DNA of 64,000 bases, from NCBI GenBank assembly GCA_964016885.1, contig OZ024743.1, positions 143,406,001 to 143,470,000 on the forward strand, written 5' to 3'. Source of the DNA: Eledone cirrhosa. Its lineage: Eukaryota. Below are positions 34,826 through 49,140 of the stretch, piece by piece. The number at the start of each line of letters is the position of its first letter. Positions within the stretch are counted from its first letter, which is position 1. Position numbers and translations under genes: made by a program. A model generated the notes under the pieces. It had not been told where the DNA came from. It searched no databases and was given only the letters and a program-made list of their open reading frames with translations.

Positions 34826-37800
34826 TTAATTGAGGAAATTAATATTAAAAACAGTTTTGTTATTGCACAGACGGAACTTCAGACCTTTGTGGTGTTAATC
34901 ATTCTCTCTACACGTTAATGAAATCAAATAACCAAAAATTGATTCTCATAAAATGCATCTCTCACTCTCCCCATTTAGCACGTTCCTATAGTCCCGAAGA
35001 AATTAACTCCTAACGGTGAGTGTCTGTTAAGATAAGTTTACAACTGGTACCGCAGATCAGCTCTGCGAAGAGAATATTACATAGAATTATCTAAATTAAT
35101 CAAAGATGTTGATGATCCATTGATAATGATTCCCCTTACAACCATAGGATGCATACCGAGAAGAAACTGTGTAAAAAAAAAAAAAAATGAACTATTTAGG
35201 ATGCATTAAAATTATATTTTCATATGGCATCTTCTAGATACTCCAAGTATTATGCAAAAAATCGCATGCTGTTTACTCAGATACAACTTCTGATTTTTAT
35301 CAATTTTGAGACTTGTCTGTCATGAATATGAAAAAATAATTCTACAGTTCCAAAACGAAATGACAGATCACTGTTATATCACAGATGAATTATACAGTTT
35401 TGCATTATCTATGCTTACAAGAATTTTGTATCCTTAGTATTTGAATCTTGAAATGAATTTAGATATTGAAGCACACTACCTCACACAGGAAAAATTGACT
35501 TCAGTTAGAATTTCCTCAATCTCTTAAACAGTAAATTTCCTCAATCTCTTAAACAGTAAATTTCCTCAAAACAAATTTATCAAGAACAAAGAAACATAGT
35601 ACAAAAATGATGCCTAATCTGTATTAGACCGACGTGTAAATAACTCATGAAACCTATACTTAATCTTTATTAGACCGACGTGCAAATAACTCTTAAAACC
35701 TATACCTTAAAATATTGAAACCCTTCAAAAGATTTTTTTTTAACCGTTTCAAAGCAGGTTTCTTCTAAAATCAAATAATGTTAATTTGTGAAGGCACACA
35801 GTCTAGTGTTTAAGATGTTGAGCTCACGATCCTAATCTCATAGGCTCGATTCCCAGGCTGGGCGGCGCGTTGTGTTTTTGAACAAAATACTTTATTTCAC
35901 GTTGCTCCAGTCAATATTGTTAAAAATTAGAACTAGAGATTGAGAGGCGTTTTGTATTCTAAGTTGCTTAACAACAATGAAACGTTACTCCGACTTTGCC
36001 CATCCACAATCAAATTACCGGCGCTCTAATCATGACTATCCACCATCAAAATTACCGATGATCTTGTCTACTCATCCTCAAAATTAATGGCAGTCCACCA
36101 TGAAAATTAACTGTGCTCCAACTGAGGCCATTCCCGCTCAAAATTAACGACGCCCCATCCATGGCCAGGCACCTTTTATAACAGCACTACAACTGTTACT
36201 CTCCATTCTCTTTTTTGCTTTAACGGCGTTCCAGCCGTGACTATCTACTCTCTAAATTACAGCATTACATCTATTTTTCAAAGGTGTTCTAACCATGTTA
36301 TGGGGAAACAAATTCGAGAGGTTCCAAACTATAGTTTCTGTTGAAACAGTAGTCGAACAGCCTCTTTTTGAATAGCGTTCCAAGTGTGACCATCCCGCCG
36401 CTTTTGTTTCTGTTTTTATTTATTTGTTTTTAGTGTTCCAGTCGGTACTGTGTATGTCTTTATCATTATTATTTTTAAGCGTTCCAACCCTTCTTGGATT
36501 TAAGGAGGTCTTGCAACTCGTTTTATATTTGCAGGTAAAACCACTTAGGGGAGACGGGATGATTCACGCCCTGATGCGGTGATAGAGGATTTTTTTTCTT
36601 AGTGGGAACACTTTTATTTTACTTTCAAAATACGCTTATAATATCATCATAATTTCTATATTTGGAACAAGTCCTGTAATTTTTGTTGGGATACAAAGTC
36701 AATTATATTGACTCTAATACTTGACTGGTATATTTTTATCGTTCCTGGAATGATGAAAAGCAAAGTTAACCTCAATAGGATTTGAACTCAGAAACATAAA
36801 ATAACTAAATGCAATATCATAATAACAAAAAGAAAGAAGAGAAAGACAAAGAAAATAAGGAATGTAGAGAATTGGGAGGGGAAGAAGTCTACCCTCTTGG
36901 CTGGACGGTATGACGTTGTGGAAAACTGTCTGCGTCAACTATTCTACTCCACAGGATTCTTTCTTCAGGCGCGAGGCCTTCAAAAACTCTATAATCCAAT
37001 TTAAAGATTTACCCGGCTAATATCAACCGTTAACCATAATGTTAGTGTGCTATTGTCAACAACTCTAATAAGTAGTGGCATAACTACAGTTGTGTGTCCA
37101 CTCCAGCTTTGTTTCCTCGTGCATGTATGCATAGACCAGTAACTCCCGATTGAATCGTAGAGACGTTTCGTGGACATTTCTAACCTGGCGGTTCCCATTC
37201 TCTTCCAGGTCTGAACATTTTCATCAGAGAAGAGGAGTGATAGGGAGGAAGTGAGAAAGAGATATAAAACAACAAACGAACCCAGTACTGGACTGGGTTT
37301 GCAGAGGTACATTTTCGAATGTGTACATTACGATTATGTTAATGAAAATTTGTTTAAATACTTTTTTCCGAAATTCAAAGTTCTAAAAGTGACACTATGT
37401 TCCATTATAAAATCTATTACATTATCTTAATTGAAGTTATATCCATTACCAACATAAAATTGGAAAGTATGATTAAATTTGTATGTTTACGTTTAGCCTT
37501 CTACAAAACGGATCGAAAACATTCAATAAATGAAACTATACACGAACTGAAGTATATGATAATTGTTTCTACTAATGAAAGCATTTTTCAAAAAGTAATA
37601 TTATTTAAATTTCATCAATATAATTGTAATTTACTTACACGTTGGGAAACCTATCTCTTCAACATTTCCTAAAAAATATACATTATTGAGGAAACAAAGG
37701 CGAGGTGGGAGACGCTAAACTGTAGTTATGTAGCAGTTGTTTGAACTTTTGTTCCCATTTTAGCAAAGTAAGTCAGGGTAACCACACATGCTGATCTTTT

Positions 37801-38167
37801 CAGCCAGATCGATATTGAATTCCTTTGTTTCGGGACTGCTGTCGCCAGCTTTTCTGGAGAAAGTGTCCAACTGGAGTTCATCTGAGATAACTAGCGTCAT
37901 CTCATTCTGCTCTTGTGTCTCAAAGGAGACACTAAACAAGCAAAACGATGTAGTCGTCAACAGACTCTCGTTTCGTTGCCACATGGTTTCTGGTTCAGTC
38001 CCACTGCGTGGCACCTTGGACAACTGTTTTCTACTTGAGCTTAGAGTTGACCAATGCTTTGTGAGAAGAATTTGGTTAGACGGAAATTGTATCCTCTAAT
38101 TTAGTGGTTCGACAAAAAGAGATCGATACAATTAGTACCAGATTTCAAAAAATAAGTATTTAAAAAA

Positions 38168-38296
38168 AATAGCATCACATGATACATCGGTTAAGCCAGC
38201 CGCCAGCATTGACAAGAACCTCGTCGTCAGCGGCCCAGTTTTCCCAAACGTCTTGAACGCCATAGGCTGGAAAAAATAGTTTGCCTATAATTCTGG
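38168..38296 (-). mobile_element. CRE fragment, inverted near-identical copy of 40243-40372
   Basis: Reverse complement matches 40243-40372 with few differences. Confidence 0.8.
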
Positions 38297-38559
38297 GGTC
38301 GATATGATCAAGGCAAAGCAATATGAAAAAAAAGAAAAGAAAAATATCGATTTCTTGTTTAAACACACGATCAACTTTTGTAATCATGGAGCAGGGACCA
38401 TTGATCGATCACAGGGAATTACTGCTCTCTATTTCAACGACTCCGAAGCGATGGAAATTAAAGTTGATTCGAGGCAGATTTGAACCCAGAATCTTGAGGG
38501 ACAAATGTTAATATGGTAATGCATTAAATATGTTGTTTCGGCTGCCTCTATCAACCTGA

Positions 38560-38950
38560 ATTTAACAAATGTAGAAGCTGACCTGCTGACGAGGTTTTAG
38601 TCATTGTTGACGGCTCACTATACTGAAGTATAGGGTGCTGTTCGCTATTCCAGCACCTTAGCTTCACTATCACTCGTGATAATGTCGTGAGTGTCTTGGC
38701 TTACCTAAAAATGTTTTAATGAAATACCTGCATTCCCTGTTGTAGCAATGTATATGTCTTCCTCATCTACCCCCCCCCCCCTTGGGTTTTTTTTTATTGA
38801 TTTGTTCCTTTGCAAATCACACCAAGCTGAACATGCCAAGCATACCCTGTCCAAAGACAATATGCCCTCAATTCTAGAGCCTGTCGGATTGTCTAGGGCT
38901 GATAAGAAGAGGCCTGATGGTCTTACTCTTTGTCCTTGGACAAGAGGTAG
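38560..38950 (+). mobile_element. CRE-clade endonuclease fragments
   Basis: MPSILEPVGLSRADKKRPDGLTLCPWTRGR (RPD motif), preceded by a decayed 3' tail. Confidence 0.7.
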
Positions 38951-39075
38951 GTGTGAAACGAAGTTAGTGTTGTTATGCAAGAGGGTGTATAAACATGATA
39001 AATACAATAATTTTCGTTAGCGATATAACTTTACTTCACTTTTTATAAAGGAAAAAAAATATGTGTTTATTATGC

Positions 39076-39485
39076 TGTAGTGACCTACATTCCGCGAGCT
39101 CACATGCATTCTCCGTGCGTTATTTGGCTCAGCCCAGCCAATGACCTCCAGCAGAGGAGATTGTATCTCTACGCGCCCCGAGGGAATAATTCCCGCGTTG
39201 ATTTGAGAAATCTGTCTCTTGCATTCAAATTGTGAAAAGGTAAACAACTAACTTTCTTTCGTCGTTAAATCACTAGCCAACATGTAACACAACTTAGCCA
39301 CGGCCTGGCAACACTTCAGCCAGTGGACCGTGCCTTCTGATATTCTTAATTCGTTTGTTTTATTACTCTTGGCATGCCTGCTCCACTCAGCTCAACCTTG
39401 TTAATAAATAATGTAAAACAAACCAAAGACGTTGTCGATGTTCTTACCACATCTTTCCACCGAACAGGTAACTCGTGGCGCTACT
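39076..39485 (+). mobile_element. Solo-LTR-like element
   Basis: Begins TGTAGTGACC, ends GGCGCTAC; AATAAA at ~39403; homologous in reverse orientation to 50164-50589; no TSD found. Confidence 0.55.
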
Positions 39486-39714
39486 AACAATAACATAAAA
39501 ACATCGTAGAGTCTTGTGATGCTGCTACCACAGCAATGCCTTTAAATGTGATATGGAAGGATTCCTTCCAGAGGTATTATCACAGCAGCAACAGAACCTG
39601 AGACTTACAGCCTAACCTCAATTCTTCGTGGCGATACATCTACTCCTTAAACCATCCTGTTAAAACTGGTGACTTTCGACGCAGGAGTATTTAGGCATAA
39701 AATGCTCCTTTACA

Positions 39715-39746
<32 letters not shown>

Positions 39747-40119
39747 ACCCAGCATTCTGTTAAAATGCTACGTTTGATTACAAAGTGACAAGTTGTTTCA
39801 GGATGTACACACCACTATAGTTAGCAGTAAGCTTACAGTGCAAAGGAGTTGTATGATTCTGTGTGTGTAGTTGAAATGCCGCTGGAAGAATTGCTGCTGG
39901 GCCCTTGTCGACAGGGGCGAAGTTTGTTTCGCTAAGTGTTATATCCCGCTAGTGATGCTTCTCTTCCAAGTTACCAGAGTTGTCTGAGACAAAAGAAGAA
40001 CTTATCTTGCCTTCACCTCAAGCTGACCAGCCAGTCCAGACAAAACGACGCCAATTAAGATAAAGAGAAATAACAGCCAGATGTCATTCGTGGGTCAGTA
40101 TGTGTAGTAAGAGATTTCG

Positions 40120-40440
40120 CTACAGGTGTCTCATCAGGGTCGCCACAGTCAGCAACTCTTTTGTTCCTTCTCACATCTTGAATGCCGTGGCGAGAGTGAG
40201 AATCACTACATCCATAGTTGAACGGAATAAAATTCTAAAATACCAGGAATTATAGGCAAACTATATTTTTCAGCCTATGGCGTTCAAGACGTTTGGGAAA
40301 ACTGGGCCGCTGACGACGAGGTTCTTGTCATTGCTGGCAGCTTGCTTAACCGATGTATCATGTGATGCTATTCTAGTGTCTTAGCCGTGATATTGCTTAC
40401 TGCAATGCTGCGAGTGTGTTGGTTTACCTCAAACATTTTT
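40120..40440 (+). mobile_element. CRE-clade 3' fragment
   Basis: VATVSNSFVPSHI...ERNKILKYQEL*ANYIFQPMAFKTFG; parallels 41740-42050. Confidence 0.75.
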
Positions 40441-40649
40441 AGTGGGAAACTCCTGCGCCTCATGTTGTGTGGCGCGTGATTGAGTGTGCGTGCCTTCTCC
40501 CACTTTTTCTCTTTTTTATATATAAATTGTGTTTATTTATAATTATGTAAAATAGAAAATATTTTTTCGTTTTATATATAATTTAATTGGAATAAAATAA
40601 AGTACACGTTCTAATTCAGAAAAGAAAAAAGAATAATTTGAAAAGGTCC

Positions 40650-42060
40650 TTGCAACGATGATTGAGGAGCTGGGTCGTAGGGGTCCTTCACGTTAACAGT
40701 TCCAAATACGAGCTCTGGTTCCTCAACCACCCAGCTTCACATCAAGAGACTGGTGATCTGTTCACAGTCTTTTCCCTCCATCGCTGTTCATCCCCCATCA
40801 GCGTGGTACACCCTTGGGGCCCCAGTTACAAACCAGGCCTTCGAGTCTATCTTTCAATCTAAGTTGGCTAACCTCAAACAACTTTTTTAAAACTTCGAAA
40901 TCATTGAGCCTCACCAAGGTTTTTTTTATTCTTCGGAATTATTTGTCAATCCCTAAGTTGCTATATTTCCATAGAGTTAGTCCCTCTTACAAATTCTCCT
41001 CGTCTCTCCAACACTTCGATGACCTAATATTCAGTGAGCTCGAGGGTTTGGTCAATGTCCGACTCTCTCCAGAGTCCCGCGACCAAGCTGCCTTACCCAA
41101 ACGGTCTGGACGTCTTGGTCTGCGTAAGTGTAATTTCATTGTCCCTACCTTGCTTTCTTTCCTCCATCCATGCCTGCTCCCCTTTTGTAGGTGACATCAT
41201 CTCCTTCCCAACTTGGACTAGTTCCACCAGGGAGTTGGATGAAGCTTTACTACAGTGGAGAGAGCTGGGTTTGTCAGTCCCAGTTACTGATGAGGATAGA
41301 CGGAATCAGAGAGTATGGGACAATCTGCGTTCGAGGGAAACTTTTAACTCTCTCTCTCTTTGATGTTTCCGATCAATTATCTAGGGGCCGCTTACTTTCT
41401 GCAAGCGCAAAGTTTTCGGGGGGTTGGATTGATGCCCTGTCTGTGACCAACATTGGTGGCCTTCTCTGTCAGAACGAACTCTGCATCACCATTGCATTTC
41501 GAGTGGGAGCCGACGTTTGTTGGGTCTGAGATGCCGGTGTGGTAGATTGCTCGATTCCACAGGTTTACATGGTTTGTCCTGCCGCCTGAATGCTGGTCGT
41601 TTTGCCAGTCACACCGAACTAAATCTGATCATCAAACGGGCCCTGGCTCGGGTAAATATCCCCACAGTTCTGGGGCAGGCTGGTTTATCCAGAAGTGATG
41701 GGAAGAGACCAGACGGTCTTACCCTTTGTCCCTGGGTAGATGTCTCATCTGGGACGTCACAGTCAGTGACTCTTTTGCTCCCTCCCACATCGTGGACGCC
41801 GCGGTGAATGTGCGGGTCACTGCTTCCGTTGCCGAACGGAATAAAATTCCAAAATACCTGGACTTATCAGATAATTATTTTACAGTCTGTGGCGTTCGAG
41901 ACGTTTGGTGGAGTTGGGCCGCTGACAGCGAAGTCTTTGTCATCAGTGGTGGCTCACTTTACTGAGGTGTGTCAAGTGATGCCCGTGAGGGTGCCTTAAC
42001 CTCGCCATCATCCGTGATAATGCTGCGAGCATGTTGGCTTGCCTCAAAGTGTGTAGTTAA
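40650..42060 (+). mobile_element. CRE-clade retrotransposon 3' portion (post-RT, CCHC knuckle, RLE), decayed
   Basis: QAALPKRSGRLGLR; CRCGRLLDSTGLHGLSC...HTELN; KRPDGLTLCPW; WDVTVSDSFAPS; VAFETFG; followed by a T/A-rich tail. Confidence 0.88.
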
Positions 42061-42243
42061 CCCTTAAGGTGTGAGGTGCGACCAATTGTCGCACTTGGTG
42101 GTGAATTGCACCACCACCACCCCCTCTTTTTTCCCTTTATCATTATTGTTCAATGAATTATATTATTATATGTTTTTATTAAAAAAAATTAAAATAATAA
42201 TGAAATGAAAATTATTGTGTACTATGCTCAGGTACACTACAAC

Positions 42244-42805
42244 AAAATGGACATCAACATCCAGTTATTTCATCTATCTAACTCTCTGCCACCCTGTGGC
42301 GCTTATTTGTGAGTTTGGGGAAGGTTAACAGTCGAAAATACCCCCCAAAACCGGCTGAAAAGAATTTCATTCGTTATTTTCTTCATCAAAGACATTTTTT
42401 CCCCTAATATATTTTGTGTCGTCTGCTTATAAACAATCTTTTAAAAAAATCTTTTTATCTCAATATTTCAATGGTAGACATAGTTTTAATGTAGTTTAAC
42501 CGAAATAATTTCACTGAAATATTTAGATCTTTCATCTATCTACCTTCCTGCTTCGCTGGGGATACTTGTTTGTGAGTTTGGGGAAGGTTAGCAGTCGAAA
42601 ACACCCCCAAACAAACCATGAAACCAATATTTTTACACGGTTATCAACATATTTCTGTAACAATATATAAAATGGACACCAACATCCAGCAATTTCATTT
42701 ATCTACCTTCCTGCCACCCTGGGGCCACTTGTTTGTGAGTTTGGGGAAGGTTAACAGTCGAAACCCCCACCCCCACCCTCAAACAAACCATGAAACCAAT
42801 ATTAT
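42244..42805. repeat. Three diverged ~100-130-bp direct repeats upstream of ATAD3
   Basis: TTTGTGAGTTTGGGGAAGGTTA.CAGTCGAAA at ~42306, ~42569, ~42732. Confidence 0.8.
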
Positions 42806-43808
42806 TTCCATTCTGACAGAATCGCAAACAATTTGTAATGTAATTTTTTACTTTTATAGTAAAATGGTCTGGATTAACCTAAAAGCAAGAATAGCATTTG
42901 CTACGGACACCGCATTTTCAGGAACTCTGCGCTGAGTGCTTTATATTATATTACTGTACTTCAACCTTTATATCATTTTATTTTTATTTTTAATGCAAGG
43001 CACCTTTATAATATATGCTATAGACCCTGCAGACATAAAGTTTATAAAAAGTTTCAATATGAAAAAAAAAACAAAAAAGAACACTTAATCTAAATTGAGT
43101 TGCTCTTTATACCTGATTGAGCAAACCGATCAAAGGCAGGCTACATTATCCAATGTGTTCTTTCCTTTCCTAAGGTATATTTGACTGTTATTTCTAGCAG
43201 ACTGAATGATCACACAGAAACTCCTTGTTTAAATTGAGTTAGTCAACATTGAAGAGTGTCAGACTAAATTTATTGCTATATTTAATATCGTACATATATA
43301 AATCTGGTAGAAATCCGGTACAACTTTGCCTTTCATCCTTCTGGGGGCGATAAAAGGAAGTACAACGTCGTGTGCTGAAGTCCAAAAACGTGTCTATCTT
43401 AAAAATTATTATTTCTAAGATCAGTTAAGCATCTTAACTAAAATGTAGTGTTTGTGAGGTTAACGAGAGAAAAGTAAAGAATATGATAGATAATACATCA
43501 GTCTGTATTAATATTTCGCTATATAAATAAATAAATCACCGGTATTATGTATGAGCGTGTTTTAAATCGCATATCCGTAATGAATATGTTTACGCACGCA
43601 AATATGTGTACGTGTCTCTATATCTACATATGTAAGTGTGATGTATGTGCGTAAGCGAGTCAAATTCAAGGGAGCTCACTCCAATACTTAATATTAACAC
43701 CACCCAATCAGTCGCCGAAAGAGCACATGTTAGAAACCACGTTGGATACATAGGGAACGGCTTCTTCGGCGATTTTAGTTGCGTAATAGTTCAAATATTA
43801 ATGTCACA

Positions 43809-44022
43809 ATGTCTTGGTTATTTGGAATAAAGAAAGATCAGCATGTTGGTGAGGCACCCCAGTTTCCTTTACCAATGCCACCTTCGTCTTCAGGAGGAGG
43901 TTCTAATGGCAAAGGTGACGATGACTCTGCCAGTTCTTTGAATTCAAAAATGGAAGCCTACCGGTTTGACTCAGCTGCTTTGGAAAGAGCAGCAAAAGCC
44001 GCCAAAGACCTGGAATCTTCAA
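43809..44022 (+). CDS. ATAD3: ATPase family AAA domain-containing protein 3, coding exon 1
   Basis: MSWLFGI...YRFDSAALERAAKAAKDLE; donor GTAAGA, phase 1. Confidence 0.93.
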
Positions 44023-44747
44023 GTAAGATATACTTATTCCTTTTCACAAAGTAATACAGTCGTATTTTTTTTTATTGTTTCTTTTGTCATTCTTATTCAG
44101 TAAAAATAAATGTATTACAAATATAAAGAGAGATAGATCGATAGATATGTTGATTGGACAAGGTTACACTTAAATGACGAAACTTTGTTATGAATTAAAG
44201 GCAAACAAAACTATGAAAAACAAATGTTGTAATTGATCCGCTTTCTAAATACTCTTAATTTATGATGACCCCAAACTAATTACATTCGACCCCTTTGTCA
44301 GTTCTGTTGATTTCAGTTCGTTTCGTGTCCTTCAACAAGTACCGGTGAATTATATATCCGATTTCCTATTACATGTAAAATAGTCAATATAATTGAATGG
44401 TACATGGTATTTATTTCTTATTAAAAATATTCTGGATTGAATTAAACTATTTTAGTACGCTACAAACTCCTCATTTTTATTTTTATTTTTTGTGACCTTG
44501 GCCATAAATTGAACGGCTGATGCAATTTTTTTATTTTAGATTCAACCCCTTCAACCCATTTATAATACTATTTATTTTTCATACACTGAATATATATAGA
44601 TATATAATCAAGGTGTATTTTTAGAAATAGGAAGAACAAATCTATAAATTTTAGTTAATGACTTTCTTCGAAATTTATGTAACCGGCACTACATCGTATG
44701 TCATGTAAGAAAACATATTTGTGACTTAGGAGTTTAAAATCAAAATG

Positions 44748-44853
44748 ATTAAACTGATTCTCTAAAATTATTAAACTGATTCTCTAAAATTATTAAACTA
44801 ATTCTCTGAAACTAATTATTAAAACTAATTCTCTAAAATTATTAAATTAATTC
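44748..44853. repeat. ~22-bp tandem repeat abutting a SINE fragment
   Basis: ATTAAACTGATTCTCTAAAATT x ~5. Confidence 0.8.
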
Positions 44854-47029
44854 TCATCCTTACGGGGTCGATAAAATAAAGTACCAGTAATACACTAGGG
44901 TAATAGCTGTCCTTGTGCCAAAAGTAGAAACAATTATTTATTCAATTATGGAATTATGTATTTTGTTGTCCATTGTTTAAAATGTTATATTTTGCTTGTC
45001 TATTATGTTTTAAGACAATAAGATATAAATACACGAGAAATGTTATTGAAATATCGCGAATATATAAATTAGCTTAATCAAATAGTGTATACTTGTCAAT
45101 AGATCTCCTTTGAAGAAAATGGAAATATCGCGTCCCGATTCATTTAGCATACTCTTCATATTCACACACACGAGCCGACGATGGACCTTTAACCCTAATA
45201 AAGATATATAATTACAGTGAATCCGGTTTATCGGACGAGTTATTTTAATTTTCTTCATTAAATATATTGCTAATGATACCCTAAAATATATATAGAGATA
45301 TAAGTTCTAAGCCAGACAGTTGAAACGGAGTGGACCCTCCGTTGGGTTTTACTAATTACTATAAAAATATAATTTATATCATCTAATTTTTCTTGAGTTT
45401 CTTTTAATCAAATATAGACATTTTGATTTTCTCTTCGCATTCAAAGAAAACGGTGATATTTCACAAATTTACAAAAAAATACTAACGGTTGGTAGATCTA
45501 ATATTTCGGGACTTCAATAACATTCCTTCTGATCACCTCATATTGTCTTATTATTAAAAAAAAAAAAGATAAGATAATGTAGTCCCAGATAAACTTTACT
45601 TCTCACTGTTATTGAATTTATCGAACTATTCCACAAACCCTTTTATGGACACGTAAACCACCGAAATATTCATGATGTATAGAATGTGTCAACGTCCCGT
45701 TGCCAACATCCATGAACCTTCGTAACTTTCGTCGTTTAAGTCTAACCGTGTCCAGTCAGCATAACAATCTTTCTATCTCTCTATATAGCTTTCCCTTCCT
45801 TTAAAATCGATCAAGTGATATCGACTAAATTCAAAATTGATCTAATGAGATCCAAACCCAAAGAGACGGAACAACTCGAATGTAGAGTTTCGAACTGAAT
45901 AAATGTTATACTAGTACATAAACCATTGTTTTACAGACGGGATAAGTAAAATTCGGTCTCTCTGCCAGGACCGCATCTCGCTTCTATACATTCCCACTGT
46001 TTACAATGTGTACTGGGTGTATTTCATCGTGGTTCTAACCCTACGGAAATTGCCAAGTCATACACACAGTTCTAGAGTCCCCTCGACCCGTTGTTTGGCA
46101 GGTTTTCTCAGGCTGGATGCCGTCCCTATCACCAACCATTTTCATGAGTATTGCAAGATTTTGTGCCCTTGTTTTTATTGGCAGCATGACGCTTCCAAAG
46201 TAGAGCAATATATGTTTCAACACATTGTTTCACATCAAGAATTTTGCAATACAAAAACAACATATATATATATATATATATATGCTTGTATAACATGAGT
46301 GTCACTCTACATCTCAGTGATTATTATCTGATGACAAGCCTTAACAAGATGATCAGTAATCACATAACCACAGGTTTCACTGCAGAGTTTTCCTTTCTTA
46401 GAAGAATGCTGTAATAACAGCTAGGGGTTGTTCACTCCCAGTGAAGTTACTGCACAATCTGACACCAACCAGGAGGGTTTCTGAGTTCCTGCACATAGAT
46501 GGGTTGTTATAATTATGATTAAGGAGTACCATTTACCCTGGTTTTGAAATCAGAGTGACTCTTCTACACAAGGCTCATTCGTTGGGCCTATTGCAGTAAT
46601 GATTGAGGTCATGTTGAGACGGTTATCACTTGACAAGATAAAGAAATCATGTGTGTATAATTCTGTCTGTACATGTTATAGCTTAATTGCCATAAATTTC
46701 TGTTTTGTCTTGCCTCTTACTCTATGGAGAGCGCTTTGGCTTGTGTCAGATGCTTTGACCCCGGATGGGCCAGCAGTACCGTTGGTAGGGGTTGAAACTG
46801 CTAAAGTACATCTCAACGGCTGAAGACTCTGCAATTCTGTGTCTTTTGTTTGCATTTTTATTTTCAAAAAATAATTCATTGAGGTTCTTCCTCAAAAAAT
46901 TGTTTTTCATTCATTGTCTTGTCTTCTCTTTATTTATTTTCCTAACTTTATTATATATATCATCATTTTGCGTCTGCTTTTCCATACTTATATTGGTTGG
47001 ATGGGTCTTTTTCAGCACAGCTTCTCTCT

Positions 47030-48015
47030 ACTTGTCGTGACCCTTTGTCATTTCTACCGTGAGCTTCAGTGATTTGAGATCAGCTCTCACCACTTCTGCC
47101 CAGGTCTAACTTTGTCTTCCTTTACTGTGGCTTCCTTCCACTGAGATTTCTTCACACGTCTTCACCCAGCAATCATCTTTGATGCACATCACATGTCGTG
47201 CAGTCTTCTCTCCTGCACACATCTGATTCCTTTTATACTGAAGTTCTGTCTCAGTTCATCCATGCTTTATCATTCACGTACATTAACATTGCACATCCAT
47301 CGAAGTATGCTCTTTTCATTTCTCCCCAGCTCTCACATATCTTCTGCAGTCACTGCCCATGTTTCACTACCATGCAGCATTGCATATTACACAGGCATCG
47401 TACAGCCGACATTTTGTTTGTAGGGAGAAACGGGTAGTAGCTCTCTAAACCTCTATCCCATTCTTATACTAGCTACATTGCTCCTGGAGCACCCACCTCT
47501 ACTGCTAATTTGGTCACCTAGGTAACAGAAGCTACCAACCACTTCTATGGATCCTACCTTGGATTGAAAAAGGTGTATATTACTGACAATTTTCCCTGAA
47601 CATCAATTACATACAAAATCTTCTTTTTAGTCTGCCTGCTATCTCTTGATTTGCATTTTATACATTTTTTTTTAGTTTCTAATACATCAGTGATGCTAAG
47701 TGTACCGGTGTCATTTCGAACACACTTTTCCCCAACAAGATCCGGATTAACACTTACAAACTGCTTTGCAATGCAGAACACCTTTCGTCTTTGATCCTCA
47801 CATCATAAGACATTGGCAAACCTCCTTCTTTCAGCCTCCTTGTGTGCTATGTATACTTATCATCTAGATTCTCTTAACTACTTAGTACTGGTCTCTGCTA
47901 CCCCCATTTTTCTAGTCTTTCCACACCTGCCTTGTTTTTAATGGCTCTATCCACTATGTTATTCCACCACCAGGTCAGCCTCTGTTTGGCTGGTACTTTG
48001 CTCCAGCTACAGGTC
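47030..48015 (-). mobile_element. RTE LINE fragments (intron 1)
   Basis: GEKCVRNDTG.L and the CYLGD region; homologous to 58900-60900. Confidence 0.75.
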
Positions 48016-48611
48016 TTATATATATATATATCACCAGGCCTATTTTGTTGTCGTTGTCATTGTGACGGGTTCATTACTGGTGTTGCTGTTGTTGTTAGCA
48101 GGGTGTTACTATCACTGACTACAACGGCCAATGTAGGCGATGTTGGTCGGTGTTTGCTGTTGTTGTTGTCTTGAATATAGCTGTCATCAAAATATATATC
48201 TCACCCTCCCTCAGTTACATTTGTTGCTTCCACTATCTGCTGCATTCTAGCTACGCATAGACTATTGTTTAGTACAGGTCAACGCAACACACTTGAAGGG
48301 TTACCCTTTTGATAATTTATGACCCTAATTCTGTGGGGGTGTGTGAGTCCTAATTTTGCTAATTGACACATGGATAGTACTTTATTCCAGAAAACACAAC
48401 GGCTGGGAGACCCCTTTAGGAATTCATATATGACTAGGTACCACATAATCATATTGCCCAAGGTACCACATAATAGGAGGGAACCTGAAACCATGTAGTT
48501 GCAAAACAAACTCCTTAAACATACAACCATGCCTCAGTATCATCACATATCTAACATTCTACCTCATTATAAGTTATGTTACTTTTTATATCTACTTATT
48601 TATTCTTCTAG

Positions 48612-48688
48612 AATTTTCAAAGGAAGCTTTGGAGTTGACTAAAATGCAAGAAGCAACATTGCAATCCAAGTACCAGAAAGAAATGAAG
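48612..48688 (+). CDS. ATAD3: ATAD3 coding exon 2
   Basis: ttctag|(K)FSKEALELTKMQEATLQSKYQKEMK|gtatgc; 77 bp; phase matches exon 1. Confidence 0.92.
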
Positions 48689-48721
48689 GTATGCCCATTG
48701 CTTCTATAGCCCCCTTGATCT

Positions 48722-49140
48722 TTTCTTCTTTCTTCTTCTCCCACTTATTCCTGGATGACTCATAGGGGAAGAGTCCTCAAACACACTTTCCAGCAAGTCC
48801 TGTCAGAAGCAACCGTCTCCAACTGATCTGGTTAGATTCCCAAGTGAGACCAGCCGATGTTATCCAACCATCTTGCTCGAGGTCTACCACTGGGTCTCCT
48901 GTTAGCTGGTTTTTCCCATAAGATCTGTCCAGCAATTCTTTCCTGAAACATTCAAACCACATGTCTGTAATGTCAGAGCTGTCATCTCTAAATTTAGAGA
49001 AGTAGTGGCTCTACCTGGAGCGACTCCTCAAGCTACACACTCTATCGAGTAAAGTTACTCCAAAGATCCTTCGGAGGAAACCCATCTTGGCCGTTTGTAT
49101 TCCCGATCATATTCTTTCGGTCATTACCCAAGATTCACTT
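48722..49140 (-). mobile_element. RTE-like LINE 3' fragment
   Basis: Decayed RRP.GRPR.RW-like end, (GAA)-type tail; same family as 29200-29432. Confidence 0.6.

Noticed and set aside
37760-37945. Possible orphan minus-strand exon (ETQEQNEMTLVISDEL...) with an acceptor-like site
   Set aside because: No recognisable homology, weak donor and no partner exons.
43779-43808. N-terminal extension of ATAD3 given by the ORF track
   Set aside because: Starts at a non-ATG codon; the conserved MSWLFG start is at 43809.
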